From: an uncultured Bacteriovoracaceae bacterium
Lineage (GTDB): Bacteria > Bdellovibrionota > Bacteriovoracia > Bacteriovoracales > Bacteriovoracaceae
DNA length: 64,000 bases
Assembly: GCA_964012805.1 (NCBI GenBank)
Contig: CAXGUD010000003.1
Span: forward strand, 64,001-128,000
Direction of reading: 5' to 3'
Shown: piece by piece, positions 39,393-49,856 of the stretch
Position numbering within the stretch: the first letter of the stretch is position 1
How the letters are laid out: every line of letters begins with the position of its first letter
Program-made: the position numbers and the translations under genes
The notes under the pieces: generated by a model
The model's database searches: none
Told to the model about the DNA's origin: nothing
What the model saw: the letters and a program-made list of their open reading frames with translations, nothing else

Positions 39393-40955
39393 ATGGAAAA
39401 GAAAAAGGTTTGGATTGCTGATTTTGGATCACAATATACTCAGCTTATAACGAGAAAGGTTCGGGAGTTAGGATACTCTTGCAGGCTTTATTCTATAGAC
39501 GAAGTTGAAGCCTCATTTAAAAAACAAATTTATCCCGAGGCCCTTATTTTATCGGGAGGTCCTCATTCTATTTTTGAAGATGAAAGAGACTATAGCTTTC
39601 TTTTTGAAAAAAAAGATCTACCACTTTTGGGGATATGTTATGGGATGCAGCTTATAGGGCAGCATTTCGGAGGTAAAGTTGAGAGGGGATTACAAGGTGA
39701 ATATGGACATTCCAATGTAGAAATTCAGGAAGGGTTTGATATACCAGGTTGTCCCAAATCTTTTAGTGCCTGGATGAGCCACTCTGACCATGTAAGTGAA
39801 GTACCTGAAGGTTTTGCTGTCCTCATGGAAAGTCAGAATAATTTTATAGCAGGCCTTCACCACAAGAAGTATCCGATTATGGCGCTTCAATTTCATCCAG
39901 AAGTCGAGCATACGGCCTTTGGTTTAAAAGTTTTAGACTCATTTTTAAAGAAGACGGCTTGGCTTACACCTGATTGGAGTAGCCAGGCCATGGTTGAAGA
40001 TGCTCTTCAAGCTTTTAATAAAGTTGATAAGGCTTCTAAAGATAGAATTCTTTGTGCTTTTAGCGGTGGGGTTGACTCCTTGGTAGCGGCTTGTCTTGCT
40101 GAAAAGGCCCTTCCTGGAAAAGTTTCCTGCTTTTTTGTTGATAATGGACTTTTAAGACCTCAAGACTATGGCCATATGGAGACACTTCAAAAAGAAACGA
40201 CACTTGATATACAAATCATTGATGCAAAAGACTTTTTTCTATCCAACCTAAGTGGTGTTAATGATCCTGAGGAAAAGCGAAAAATAATTGGAAGAACATT
40301 TATTGAAGTGTTTGAAAAGAAAGTTCATGAGTACGAAAATGAAAAAGGAATTCACTTCCGTTATCTTCTTCAAGGTACCTTGTATCCCGATATTATTGAA
40401 TCGATTAGTCCTCATGGAAAGGATGGGCCTTCCGTGACTATAAAGTCCCATCATAATGTTGGAGGACTTCCTGAAAAAATGAACCTAGACCTTATTGAAC
40501 CTTTAAGTTCTCTTTTCAAAGATGAAGTCCGTTTGATTGGAGAAGAGCTTGGAGTTAAAAGGGAGTGGACCCACCGTCATCCGTTTCCAGGGCCTGGCAT
40601 TGGTATAAGAGTCCTAGGTGAACTTGATGCTGATTCAATTAAGAAGGTTCAGCACTCTGACCAAATCCTTTTTGAAGAATTGAAAAATGAGAACCTCTAT
40701 ACATCAGTCTGGCAGGCTTTTACTGTCCTTCTACCCGTTTTTACTGTAGGAGTTAAAGGTGATCAAAGGGCCTATGAACAAGTTATTTGTCTGAGAATCG
40801 TTAATAGCTCTGATGGAATGACGGCTGTTTGGTCAGACCTTCCTTCTGGTTTTTTAAGAAAAGTTTCAAATAGGATTACAAATGAAGTTCCTGGAATAAC
40901 AAGAGTTGTTTACGATGTAACGAGTAAACCTCCAGGAACAATTGAGTGGGAGTAA
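39393..40955 (+). CDS. guaA: GMP synthase
   Basis: DFGSQYTQLI, GICYGMQ, QFHPEV, SGGVDS, IKSHHNVGG, KPPGTIEWE. Confidence 0.98.
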   Translation: MEKKKVWIADFGSQYTQLITRKVRELGYSCRLYSIDEVEASFKKQIYPEALILSGGPHSIFEDERDYSFLFEKKDLPLLGICYGMQLIGQHFGGKVERGLQGEYGHSNVEIQEGFDIPGCPKSFSAWMSHSDHVSEVPEGFAVLMESQNNFIAGLHHKKYPIMALQFHPEVEHTAFGLKVLDSFLKKTAWLTPDWSSQAMVEDALQAFNKVDKASKDRILCAFSGGVDSLVAACLAEKALPGKVSCFFVDNGLLRPQDYGHMETLQKETTLDIQIIDAKDFFLSNLSGVNDPEEKRKIIGRTFIEVFEKKVHEYENEKGIHFRYLLQGTLYPDIIESISPHGKDGPSVTIKSHHNVGGLPEKMNLDLIEPLSSLFKDEVRLIGEELGVKREWTHRHPFPGPGIGIRVLGELDADSIKKVQHSDQILFEELKNENLYTSVWQAFTVLLPVFTVGVKGDQRAYEQVICLRIVNSSDGMTAVWSDLPSGFLRKVSNRITNEVPGITRVVYDVTSKPPGTIEWE

Positions 40956-41127
40956 ATTTCTTAGTGCTTTGAACTGTAAATACCTAGCAATGGATGAAAT
41001 TAGGGAATCTTTGTCGAGATAGATTACAAGATCTTAATTGATCATTGTTTGATATTTTGATTTTTAAAAAGGGTTCTTATTTTTGTTTTCCTTCTTTTTA
41101 TTCCCCCATTCTTTTTATAATACTTAT

Positions 41128-42228
41128 ATGAAAAAACTACTTCTCATTTTGGTATTATCAGCAATTACAAATACTCTACCTAGTTCTTTTTCTGCCGAAA
41201 AACTATTCGATGTTGTGACTAAAGAACCCTCTTTTGACAAACGCGCGGTTGCTTTTGTCGATACTGTTACAGGTAAAAATCGTATTGTAGAAGTGAACAT
41301 GTCTGGAAAGGTAGTTTGGGAGTGGAAGTTTCCAAGTCACCTTATTGGAAAACGGAAAAGAAGTATTTGCAAAGGTGCAGATATAAAATATCTGAAATCA
41401 AATGATGAAATATTATTCATCATTCCTGGGGTTGGTGCTTATATAGTCAACCGAAAGGGGGATTTGAAAAAAGTAATTAAAGACAAAAAAATTAGTCACG
41501 ATATTGATCTATTGCCTAATGGTAACTTTATCTATGTGCGTGGTTGGGCTGATAAAGGTGAGGATGAAGTAGGTGAAATAAACCAATCAGGCGAAATTGT
41601 ATGGAAATGGTCGCATGCAGATTATTTTCCAAATAGGGACGAGTTTCTTTCAAAAATTCCTAAAAAGATAAAAATGAGATGGAAAGGCAAAATGGGAAGG
41701 AGAAAAACCTTAAAATCAGACGGTATTGATTGGGCCCATGTAAACGGTGTAGACAGGCTGAAAAATGGAGATACGCTTATCTCTCTTCGAAACTTCATGA
41801 TGTTTGTTATCGTTGGATCCGATGGAAAACCTAAACAAAAGTTTCAAGACATATGGTTAGTCCATGAGCCCCATAAGACAGCTTTTGGTTATATTGCTGC
41901 GGATAGATTTGTTGAGGGAGGAAGGCTTCTCCACTCGATTGTAAAAATATCCAATAATGGAGAACGGACGAATCTTTTAACAGGTCAATTTATGACAGTT
42001 CGTGGTATAGAAATGTTGCCCAATAAAAGATTCAATATCACATCAATTGGCAACGTGTTAGAAATTGACTCGAATGGAAAAATATTGCACCGAATGCACT
42101 TGAATATTCAGAGTGAAGATGCCAAGCGCAACCTCTCTAAAAGAAGGAGGCCGGGCATGGTCATGAGTGAGGGAAGGTGTGCCCACAAAAACCTCTATAA
42201 AGTAGCAAAAACTAAAGTCTATAAGTGA
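41128..42228 (+). CDS. Secreted arylsulfotransferase (ASST)-like beta-propeller protein
   Basis: ATG 41128 signal peptide MKKLLLIL; ISHDIDLLPNGN, GEIVWKW, DWAHVNGV..L.NGD.LISLRN. Confidence 0.7.
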   Translation: MKKLLLILVLSAITNTLPSSFSAEKLFDVVTKEPSFDKRAVAFVDTVTGKNRIVEVNMSGKVVWEWKFPSHLIGKRKRSICKGADIKYLKSNDEILFIIPGVGAYIVNRKGDLKKVIKDKKISHDIDLLPNGNFIYVRGWADKGEDEVGEINQSGEIVWKWSHADYFPNRDEFLSKIPKKIKMRWKGKMGRRKTLKSDGIDWAHVNGVDRLKNGDTLISLRNFMMFVIVGSDGKPKQKFQDIWLVHEPHKTAFGYIAADRFVEGGRLLHSIVKISNNGERTNLLTGQFMTVRGIEMLPNKRFNITSIGNVLEIDSNGKILHRMHLNIQSEDAKRNLSKRRRPGMVMSEGRCAHKNLYKVAKTKVYK

Positions 42229-42466
42229 AAAAACTCCTCTTGGCCTCTGCCATTTCATCCAATTTCTGCTATACTCACGCCCACTTAAATGGTCATTGAT
42301 ACTTTTTTGACTTGACGCATTTTTTTACAAAAAAAATGCCTGAGTGGCTATTGATTTACTTTGGTCCCTGTTGATTCAAACTAGATTCAAAGTTAACTTA
42401 AGTTCACAAAATGAAGTGACCGTCTGAGGCTTGCTAATTGGAATAGGTATGGAAGGAGTTTATAAC

Positions 42467-45400
42467 ATGGAAAGTGAGGCCGAAAAAGAAACAGAAAATA
42501 GGCCTGAATCCTTCGTCCACCTCCACGTGCATACCGAGTATTCACTTCTAGACAGTTCGATCAGAATTCCAACGCTTTTAAAGAAGGCCAAAGAGTTTGG
42601 TATGAAAAGCCTTGCCATGACTGATCATGGTAATATGTTTGGTGCCATAGATTTTTATACAGCTGCTCACAAACAAGGTATCAAGCCCATTCTGGGTGCG
42701 ACCATTTATACAACGGCTGGAAAATTAGAGGAGAGGAACGAGCCAGTTAATTGCCCAAGGGCCTTCTCTAATGATGACCAGGAAATTAAGCACGATATTT
42801 TTCATCTTGTTATTCTTTGTAAAAATAATGTCGGTTATAAAAACCTTTGTAAAATTATATCTGAGTCTTGGCTTGATGGCTTTCACCACAGGGCCAGGGC
42901 CGATTTTGATCTTTTGGAAAAGTACAAAGAAGGGCTTATTGTAACGTCAGCTTTTTTAAACGGTGAAATTGGTTACTCTTTTTTTAGTTCCCAAGATGAT
43001 AGGGCCGAGAAAGTTGCCTTAAGGCTAAAATCTATTTTTAAGGAAGATTTTTATTTAGAAATTCAAAACCATAATGTTCCCGAAGAAGAAAGTGTGAGAG
43101 ACAAAATGATTGCACTTTCTAAAAAGCATTCTATTCCCCTCCTTGCGACGAATGATTGCCACTATCTTGAACAAGATGAGCATCAGGCCCAAGAAGTTCT
43201 TATGTGTGCTCAAACAAAAGTCACACTGAATGAAGAAAATAGAATGGATTTTAAGGCCCCTGAGTTTTATTTCAAATCGCCTAGTGATATGGAAGAGCTT
43301 TTCAAGGAGACCCCAACCGCTCTTTCTAATTCATTAAAAATCGCCGAACAATGCCATGTAGAACTTAAATGGGAAGATGATGATGGTAAGCAGATTTATC
43401 ATCTTCCTGACTTCCACATCGAAACGAATGAAACTCAAGATGAGTTTTTTAGGCGCATGAGTTATGAGGGATTGGAAAAAAGATTTCAAGGACCTCATTT
43501 TATAAACCTCATTAAAGAGGATAATTGGGAAACTGAACTAAGACCTCAGTATGAAGCCAGGTTGAAATCTGAGCTCGATATGATTATTGAGATGGGCTTT
43601 CCAGGTTACTTTCTTATTGTCGCTGACTTCATTCAGTGGGCGAAAGACAAAAAGATTTCGGTTGGCCCTGGAAGGGGTTCTGGGGCAGGTTCAATTGTCG
43701 CTTATGCGCTTTCAATTACAAACATTAATCCTCTCCCTTTTAACCTTCTTTTTGAAAGATTTATTAACCCTGAAAGAATTTCTATGCCTGACTTCGATGT
43801 TGACTTTTGCCAACAGAGAAGAGGTGAGGTTATTGATTATGTGACCGAAAAATATGGAAAGGAGAGGGTCGGTCAAATTGTTACTTTTGGAAAGCTTCAG
43901 GCAAAAGCAGCGATTAGAGATGTCAGCCGTGTTTTCTCTCTTCCTTACGCTGAAGCCGATATGCTTAGTAAGCTTGTTCCAGAAGAGTTAGGGATCACTC
44001 TTGATAAGGCTTTAGAGGTCGAACCTAAGTTTAAAGAGCTTATGGATTCTGACCCAAAGATTAAAAAAATTATAGAAGTTTCTCAAAAGGTTGAGGGCCT
44101 TAACCGTCACGCCTCGATTCACGCGGCGGGGGTTATTATAACAAGTGAGCCTTTGGTAGATTATTGTCCTCTTTTATTAGGGGCCAAGGGTGAACAGGTT
44201 ATTCAATTTGATAAAAACTTTTCTGAACTTATTGGGCTTGTTAAGTTTGACTTCCTTGGGCTTAAAACTTTAACAGTTATTGAGTATGCCAGTGAATTTA
44301 TTCGAAGAGGTTACGATTCAAGCTTTGATATTGAAGAAATCGACCTTGAAGATAAAAAAGTTTACGACTTTATTAGTAATGGGGAAACAATAGGTGTTTT
44401 CCAGCTTGAATCTTCCGGGATGATAGACCTTTGTAAGCGTATTAAGCCGGACTGTCTCGATGATATTACGGCCATTAACGCTCTTTATAGACCAGGTCCT
44501 ATGGAATCTGGGATGGTCGATGATTTTGTTGATATTAAAAATGGAAAAAAAGAGCCAACATTCCCTTTCCCAGATCTGGAGCCGGTTTTAAAAGATACCT
44601 TGGGTGTTATTGTTTATCAAGAGCAGGTTATGAACATTGCTCGTATTGTGGCAGGTTACTCACTTGGACAAGCAGATATGCTTAGAAGGGCCATGGGTAA
44701 AAAGAAAGTGTCTGAGATGGAAAGGCATAAAGAAATCTTTAGGAAGGGGGCCGTAGAAAAAGGCTTTAATGAAAAAGCGGCCATAGAGCTTTTTGAAAAG
44801 ATGGCCAACTTTGCAGCTTACGGTTTTAATAAATCCCACGCAGTCGCCTATGCTCTGATTGCTTATCAAACAGCATTTTTAAAACATTATTATCCAGCTT
44901 GTTTTTTTGCAGGACTCTTAAGTACTGAACTTAATAATACTGATAAGGTTACCAATTACATAAATGATTTGAAGACCTATGATATTAAGGTCTTCCCTCC
45001 TGACGTTAATGAATCTCTTTGGCTTTTTAATGTTGTAGATGGGCATATAAGATTTGCTATGGGAGCCGTTAAAAATGTTGGTGAAGCTGCGGTTCAGGAA
45101 ATAAAGAGAGAAAGGGAAGAGGGAGGACCTTTTAAGAGCTTTATTGACTTTTGTGAAAGATGTGACCTTAGAATTGTAAATAAAAGGGCGATCGAGTCCC
45201 TAATTAAAGTTGGTGGGTTTGACCAATGTGAAGAAATGAACCGTCAAACACTTTTAAAGTGTATGGAAAAGGTAATGGCCCATGGTAATAAAATCACAGA
45301 AGAAAAAGAGCTTGGGCAGGTAAGTCTTTTCAATATAGGGAGCGCCTCAAACAGTGGTGAGGGATCAGTTGACGAAGTCTTAGATATAAAAAAAATGTTG

Positions 45401-46153
45401 GCGATTGAGGAATTTGAAGAATTTGATGAAAAAGAAAAACTGGGGTTCGAATTCCAACTTATGGGTATTTATGTCTCTGGACACCCTTTGGACCGTTACG
45501 CAGAGTCTCTGAAAGAGTTTTCTTCCATGCCTTTAGCTGAAGTGCAAAAATTATCTATGGATGCCTCTTCTTCTCACGGTCACTATAGTGGAGGTTCTGG
45601 GAAAGGAAGGTTTTCCAGGGAGCGTTCTCGAAAGGAATGTTATTTGGGCGGAGTTTTTAATTCGACGAGGGTTATCCTAACCAAGAAAGGTGATAAGATG
45701 TGCTTTGCGTTACTTGAGGACCTGTCTGGGAAAATAGAATGTATTGTTTTCCCTAAGGTGTTTGCTGAGTATGAGGATATCCTCAAGACAGATGAGCCAG
45801 TTTTAATGGAAGGCTATGTTAATTTAGAAGAGACGCCTAAGAAGTTTTTCCCTGAGAAAATAGAATTGCTGGAAGAGCATTCTGAAGAGCGGGTTGGCGC
45901 TGTGACAGTAGCCGTTCCTCTTGAGTCATTGACGTTAGATGACTTGGAGCGTTTTAAAAACCTTATTCTCGCTTTTAAGGGAGATATTCCTGTTAAAATT
46001 ATTTTCAAGGAAGCGGTTGGTAAGGCGAGAATGGCATTGGGCAAGGATTTTAAAGTGAGACCATCTTCAAAATGGGTGGGAAAAGTCCATGACATATTTG
46101 GTGAAAATTGTGTTAAATTTATTACTAATAATAAGATGGATGAGGTCCCTTAG
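42467..46153 (+). CDS. dnaE: DNA polymerase III alpha subunit
   Basis: ATG 42467 after AAGGAG; PHP HLHVHTEYS, GPGRGSGAGS, SMPDFDVDF, KFDFLGLKTL, YGFNKSHA, C-terminal OB fold. Confidence 0.98.
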   Translation: MESEAEKETENRPESFVHLHVHTEYSLLDSSIRIPTLLKKAKEFGMKSLAMTDHGNMFGAIDFYTAAHKQGIKPILGATIYTTAGKLEERNEPVNCPRAFSNDDQEIKHDIFHLVILCKNNVGYKNLCKIISESWLDGFHHRARADFDLLEKYKEGLIVTSAFLNGEIGYSFFSSQDDRAEKVALRLKSIFKEDFYLEIQNHNVPEEESVRDKMIALSKKHSIPLLATNDCHYLEQDEHQAQEVLMCAQTKVTLNEENRMDFKAPEFYFKSPSDMEELFKETPTALSNSLKIAEQCHVELKWEDDDGKQIYHLPDFHIETNETQDEFFRRMSYEGLEKRFQGPHFINLIKEDNWETELRPQYEARLKSELDMIIEMGFPGYFLIVADFIQWAKDKKISVGPGRGSGAGSIVAYALSITNINPLPFNLLFERFINPERISMPDFDVDFCQQRRGEVIDYVTEKYGKERVGQIVTFGKLQAKAAIRDVSRVFSLPYAEADMLSKLVPEELGITLDKALEVEPKFKELMDSDPKIKKIIEVSQKVEGLNRHASIHAAGVIITSEPLVDYCPLLLGAKGEQVIQFDKNFSELIGLVKFDFLGLKTLTVIEYASEFIRRGYDSSFDIEEIDLEDKKVYDFISNGETIGVFQLESSGMIDLCKRIKPDCLDDITAINALYRPGPMESGMVDDFVDIKNGKKEPTFPFPDLEPVLKDTLGVIVYQEQVMNIARIVAGYSLGQADMLRRAMGKKKVSEMERHKEIFRKGAVEKGFNEKAAIELFEKMANFAAYGFNKSHAVAYALIAYQTAFLKHYYPACFFAGLLSTELNNTDKVTNYINDLKTYDIKVFPPDVNESLWLFNVVDGHIRFAMGAVKNVGEAAVQEIKREREEGGPFKSFIDFCERCDLRIVNKRAIESLIKVGGFDQCEEMNRQTLLKCMEKVMAHGNKITEEKELGQVSLFNIGSASNSGEGSVDEVLDIKKMLAIEEFEEFDEKEKLGFEFQLMGIYVSGHPLDRYAESLKEFSSMPLAEVQKLSMDASSSHGHYSGGSGKGRFSRERSRKECYLGGVFNSTRVILTKKGDKMCFALLEDLSGKIECIVFPKVFAEYEDILKTDEPVLMEGYVNLEETPKKFFPEKIELLEEHSEERVGAVTVAVPLESLTLDDLERFKNLILAFKGDIPVKIIFKEAVGKARMALGKDFKVRPSSKWVGKVHDIFGENCVKFITNNKMDEVP

Positions 46154-46184
46154 TTAAAGGGCTTCGATTAAGGAAAGTGAGACT

Positions 46185-47573
46185 ATGAAAAAAGGATTTT
46201 GTTTTCGAGTAACTATTTCTGTGGCTTTTCTCCTTTTATTTTTGGGTGTAGGAAGTTCCGCTTATGCCGAAAAGAAGTTCATTAAAGGAGAAGCAAGGTT
46301 TTATTCTCAAGATGAGGATCCTCTAAATTTTGTTAAGAGCCAATTATTAGAAAAATCTTTTCGAAACGTCATTACTAAGGAAATGAATCGTCTTGGGTTT
46401 AATAGCGAAAGTTTTTGGAGGACCTTTGATGAAAAATTTGAAGAGCACTTTAAACCGATGCAGGAGAGTTTAGAGGAAAAGTTTCAAGATCCAGAAACAG
46501 AAAAAATGGAGGCTGAGGATCGGGAAAAATATCAAAAAGCTTTAAGGGTAAGAAGACTGAAGGAATTGAAAAAGTTTGGAAAACTTTCTCATGTTATCAA
46601 GTCTTACGTAATAAAAAGGATGAAAAGGTCAGTTAAATATCCAAACTCTCGCTATATGAGGCTGATGGCCGTAGTGGATCATAACCGCTTGAGATCGCTT
46701 TATTCTCGATATATTAACATCGGTGGAAAAAAAGAGTTTAATACTCTCTTCCTTGATGTTGATTTCGAACTTCAGGGGTTGACTTGGAAAGATCTTGGAG
46801 TTCAAGTCAAAACTGATTTTACAGAAGTCATTAAGACTCACTGGCTTAACTGGTTCAATTCCAAATTAGGAGATTCAGTTAAAAAATTCTCTATTATTGA
46901 AAGAAACTCCAAAGACAAAGTGGAAGCCTATCTGCATTCTTACAAGTCTGAAAACGAGCGCGATGAAATATTCCAAGATGGATTGCTTGCAAAGGTAAAA
47001 TTCAAGATTAAAAAGAATAGTGAAGATGGGGTTCAAAAAATGAGAGGCTTTTCATTTAAAGGACAATACTTACTATTAGACTTGGATACTCAAGAGCCTC
47101 TCGATTATTTTGATTTTCCAAAGACGACTCACTCCTATTCGACAGTTGATGATCATTCTTTAAGCTCTCAAGTCGCAAGCTATTTGTATAGAGTCCCTAT
47201 TCCGAGGTTTGAAAAATCTAAAAATAAACTAAATAGAATTATGAAAAAGAAGGGATCTTATCAGCTTGAGGTGGAGAATGTTCTTTCTATTCAGGAAGTA
47301 ATGGAGTTGATGGGTCTTTTAAAAGAAAAAGGCATTGTTCAACGACTTCAACCAAAAGTGAAGCTTTTTGACCAGGGGAGGGCCCTCATCGAATTGGATT
47401 ATTATAGTGATTATGAAGCATTAAAAAAAGTTATCCTTAAACTTCAAAGTAGAAACCTGCTAAATGGGCGTTCTATTTATGTAAAGAAGAATGATCATGG
47501 GTATTATGTTTTATTAGGTGGTGAAGCTATCCAATCAAAAAAGCAAGAAGCACAAAAGATTGAAAGATTGTAA
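46185..47573 (+). CDS. Hypothetical secreted protein, N-terminus reminiscent of FlgT N-domain
   Basis: Signal peptide ending AYA; IKGEARF...VKSQLLEKSFRNVI; co-oriented with FlgT-like lipoprotein. Confidence 0.6.
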   Translation: MKKGFCFRVTISVAFLLLFLGVGSSAYAEKKFIKGEARFYSQDEDPLNFVKSQLLEKSFRNVITKEMNRLGFNSESFWRTFDEKFEEHFKPMQESLEEKFQDPETEKMEAEDREKYQKALRVRRLKELKKFGKLSHVIKSYVIKRMKRSVKYPNSRYMRLMAVVDHNRLRSLYSRYINIGGKKEFNTLFLDVDFELQGLTWKDLGVQVKTDFTEVIKTHWLNWFNSKLGDSVKKFSIIERNSKDKVEAYLHSYKSENERDEIFQDGLLAKVKFKIKKNSEDGVQKMRGFSFKGQYLLLDLDTQEPLDYFDFPKTTHSYSTVDDHSLSSQVASYLYRVPIPRFEKSKNKLNRIMKKKGSYQLEVENVLSIQEVMELMGLLKEKGIVQRLQPKVKLFDQGRALIELDYYSDYEALKKVILKLQSRNLLNGRSIYVKKNDHGYYVLLGGEAIQSKKQEAQKIERL

Positions 47574-47584
47574 CCTTTAGGGAA

Positions 47585-48523
47585 ATGGGGAGTCACTTCA
47601 TGAGAGCTTCGGTAAGCATTGTATTTTTGATTATCTTTTTTGTTTCTTCTTGTTCTAAGAACGTTATTAAGAGAACAAATAAAGGGAGGCGCCCCAGAAT
47701 GACGGAGCCTCTTCAAAGTTTGGATGTACGAAAAAAAGTAGCTCTTTTAAGTTTTTTCAACGAATCACCTTTTGGAGGTCGAGATTTAGGCGTGACTGCT
47801 ACTGAAGAGTTGAGAGAGGAGCTGTCTCGTGGTGGGGAGTTTATTGTAGATGGAGTCGCAAATAGACTTTTTGGATCTTCCAAAGAGATCTACTCGGGAG
47901 GAGGCGTAAAACTTGTCCAAATAGCCAGAAAGGCCAAACTCTCGGGGATTAACCTTGTGATTTATGGGCGTGTTATTGATGCCAGAGTAAAGGAGAAGTC
48001 TGACGAAATTGGAATTGTAAGGAAGCTAAACTCCTTCACTTCGTCAAAAATCGAGATTAGAGTTTTCGATGTCAACTCCAATAAAGAAGTCTATAGCCAA
48101 ATTCTCAAGGGCTATGCGGACGATAGTACTTACCGCTTTTTTAGAACAAATAGAGAATCAAAATTGGCGTATAGGCAAGACCTTCTTAGGTATGCTGTCA
48201 GAGTAGCTGTTAGAAGAGGGATTCAAGAACTTTTAGATGTATCCGCTAAAATGGATTGGACTGGGCGAGTGGCCAAGATTATTGGGAACAAAATCTATGT
48301 TAATGCTGGTAGAGAAAGTGGCCTTAACATAGGAGATATTCTAAAAGTCCTCACAGAAGGTAATGAAATTTATGATCCAGAATCAGGTGCTCTTATAGGT
48401 TTATCGAAGGGTGAAATTAAAGGAACGATTGAGGTAATAGACTTTTTTGGTCCTGATGGTTCAATCGCAATAATACACTCTGGGAGCTCTGTCTTGGAAG
48501 GGGACTTTGTTCAACTCTATTAG
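47585..48523 (+). CDS. CsgG/FlgT-like lipoprotein with FlgT C-terminal-type domain
   Basis: Lipobox VSSC; KKVALLSFFNE; WTGRVAKI.GNKIYVNAGRESGLNIGD...IYDPESG. Confidence 0.7.
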   Translation: MGSHFMRASVSIVFLIIFFVSSCSKNVIKRTNKGRRPRMTEPLQSLDVRKKVALLSFFNESPFGGRDLGVTATEELREELSRGGEFIVDGVANRLFGSSKEIYSGGGVKLVQIARKAKLSGINLVIYGRVIDARVKEKSDEIGIVRKLNSFTSSKIEIRVFDVNSNKEVYSQILKGYADDSTYRFFRTNRESKLAYRQDLLRYAVRVAVRRGIQELLDVSAKMDWTGRVAKIIGNKIYVNAGRESGLNIGDILKVLTEGNEIYDPESGALIGLSKGEIKGTIEVIDFFGPDGSIAIIHSGSSVLEGDFVQLY

Positions 48524-48561
48524 ATAAAGATAAATACCCTTAACCTAAAAGGCCGAAAGTT

Positions 48562-49638
48562 TTGAAATTATTGTATCCACTATTTAAGAAGATTGCTTTT
48601 TCTTTTGATCCAGAAGTTATTCATGAATATTCTATTAGAGTTTTATCTGACTATCCTCTCTTAAGCGAACTTTTTGACCAGAAAGTTTCAGTTTCTGAAA
48701 ATGATAAATATAAAGTTTCTCTTAATGGACCTTCTTGGTCTTTCCCTGTTGGTCTTGCAGCAGGTTTAGATAAGAATGCTTTGGCCTTGGACTTTTTTTC
48801 AAGACTTTACTTTGGTGCAATTGAGGTTGGCACCGTTACTCCTAAGCCTCAGGATGGAAACCCTAAGCCTCGTCTATTCCGTTATCCTGAGACTGAATCT
48901 CTCAGAAATAAAATGGGTTTTAATAATGGTGGGGCAGAAAAAGTTCTTTCTCACCTCTTAAGTTCTACAAAAAATAATAAAGTATTAGGAGTTAATTTAG
49001 GCAAAAATAAAATAACTCCAATTGATAAGGCTTGGGAAGATTACAATATCCTATACCGGAACTTTTCAAAGATAAGCGATTATTTGGTCATTAATGTCTC
49101 TTCGCCAAATACACCTGGCTTAAGAGGTTTACAGGAGAGTGATGCTCTCGAAGAAATTTTATCTTCTCTGGGACAAATAAGGAGTGAGGACCCTTGTCCA
49201 CTCTACTTAAAAATTTCTCCTGATATTGATAAAACACATGCCTCTGCAATTATCAACCTCGCAAAAAAGTATTCTTTAACTGGAATAATTGCAACCAACA
49301 CAACGATTATGAAAGAGAAAGGGGAGGGAGGAATATCCGGTAAGCTTTGCTTAGAAAAATCAAGGAATGTTAGAAAGTGGATCTTGGATGAAGCGAGAGA
49401 GTGTCCAGATTTAGACGTTATAGGTGTTGGAGGAATATCTTCCTTTAAAGATCTTTGGGACTTTTGGCTAGCTGGAGGGAAAGCAGTTCAGATATATACC
49501 GCTTTCATCTACCAAGGACCTAATATCTTAAATCAGATAAAAGATGGAATAGACGACGTCTTGACTTCTAATGGAATAAAAAGTGTTAACGAGCTTCTAG
49601 AAAACTTAGAAAAGGTCAAAAATCCTTTTAAAAAGTAA
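48562..49638 (+). CDS. pyrD: Quinone-dependent dihydroorotate dehydrogenase
   Basis: DPEVIH, GLAAGLDKN, GNPKPRLFR, NKMGFNN, INVSSPNTPGLR, KISPD, GGISG. Confidence 0.97.
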   Translation: MKLLYPLFKKIAFSFDPEVIHEYSIRVLSDYPLLSELFDQKVSVSENDKYKVSLNGPSWSFPVGLAAGLDKNALALDFFSRLYFGAIEVGTVTPKPQDGNPKPRLFRYPETESLRNKMGFNNGGAEKVLSHLLSSTKNNKVLGVNLGKNKITPIDKAWEDYNILYRNFSKISDYLVINVSSPNTPGLRGLQESDALEEILSSLGQIRSEDPCPLYLKISPDIDKTHASAIINLAKKYSLTGIIATNTTIMKEKGEGGISGKLCLEKSRNVRKWILDEARECPDLDVIGVGGISSFKDLWDFWLAGGKAVQIYTAFIYQGPNILNQIKDGIDDVLTSNGIKSVNELLENLEKVKNPFKK

Positions 49639-49661
49639 AGTCAATTTTCTTTCTTCTTCCT

Positions 49662-49856
49662 TTAAATAATAATTGTGTAGTACCTTATATCATTTTCATC
49701 AATGATATTTGTACCATCTTCATTAAAGGAAAAAACTCTATCCTGAGATTCTCCGCAAGTGACTATTGCACCCTCAGTGTAATCGGTACAAGCCAAGGAG
49801 TGACTACTAAAAACAAGAGTTAATAAGAGCAGAAATGCGGCTATTAGCTTTTTCAC
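49662..49856 (-). CDS. Small secreted protein (64 aa)
   Basis: GGGAGG RBS, GTG start, signal peptide ending SLA, two Cys. Confidence 0.65.
   Translation of the reverse strand: MKKLIAAFLLLLTLVFSSHSLACTDYTEGAIVTCGESQDRVFSFNEDGTNIIDENDIRYYTIII

Noticed and set aside
40940..42430. Genomic island integrated at the guaA 3' end
   Set aside because: No integrase and no second copy of GAGTGGGAGTAA seen
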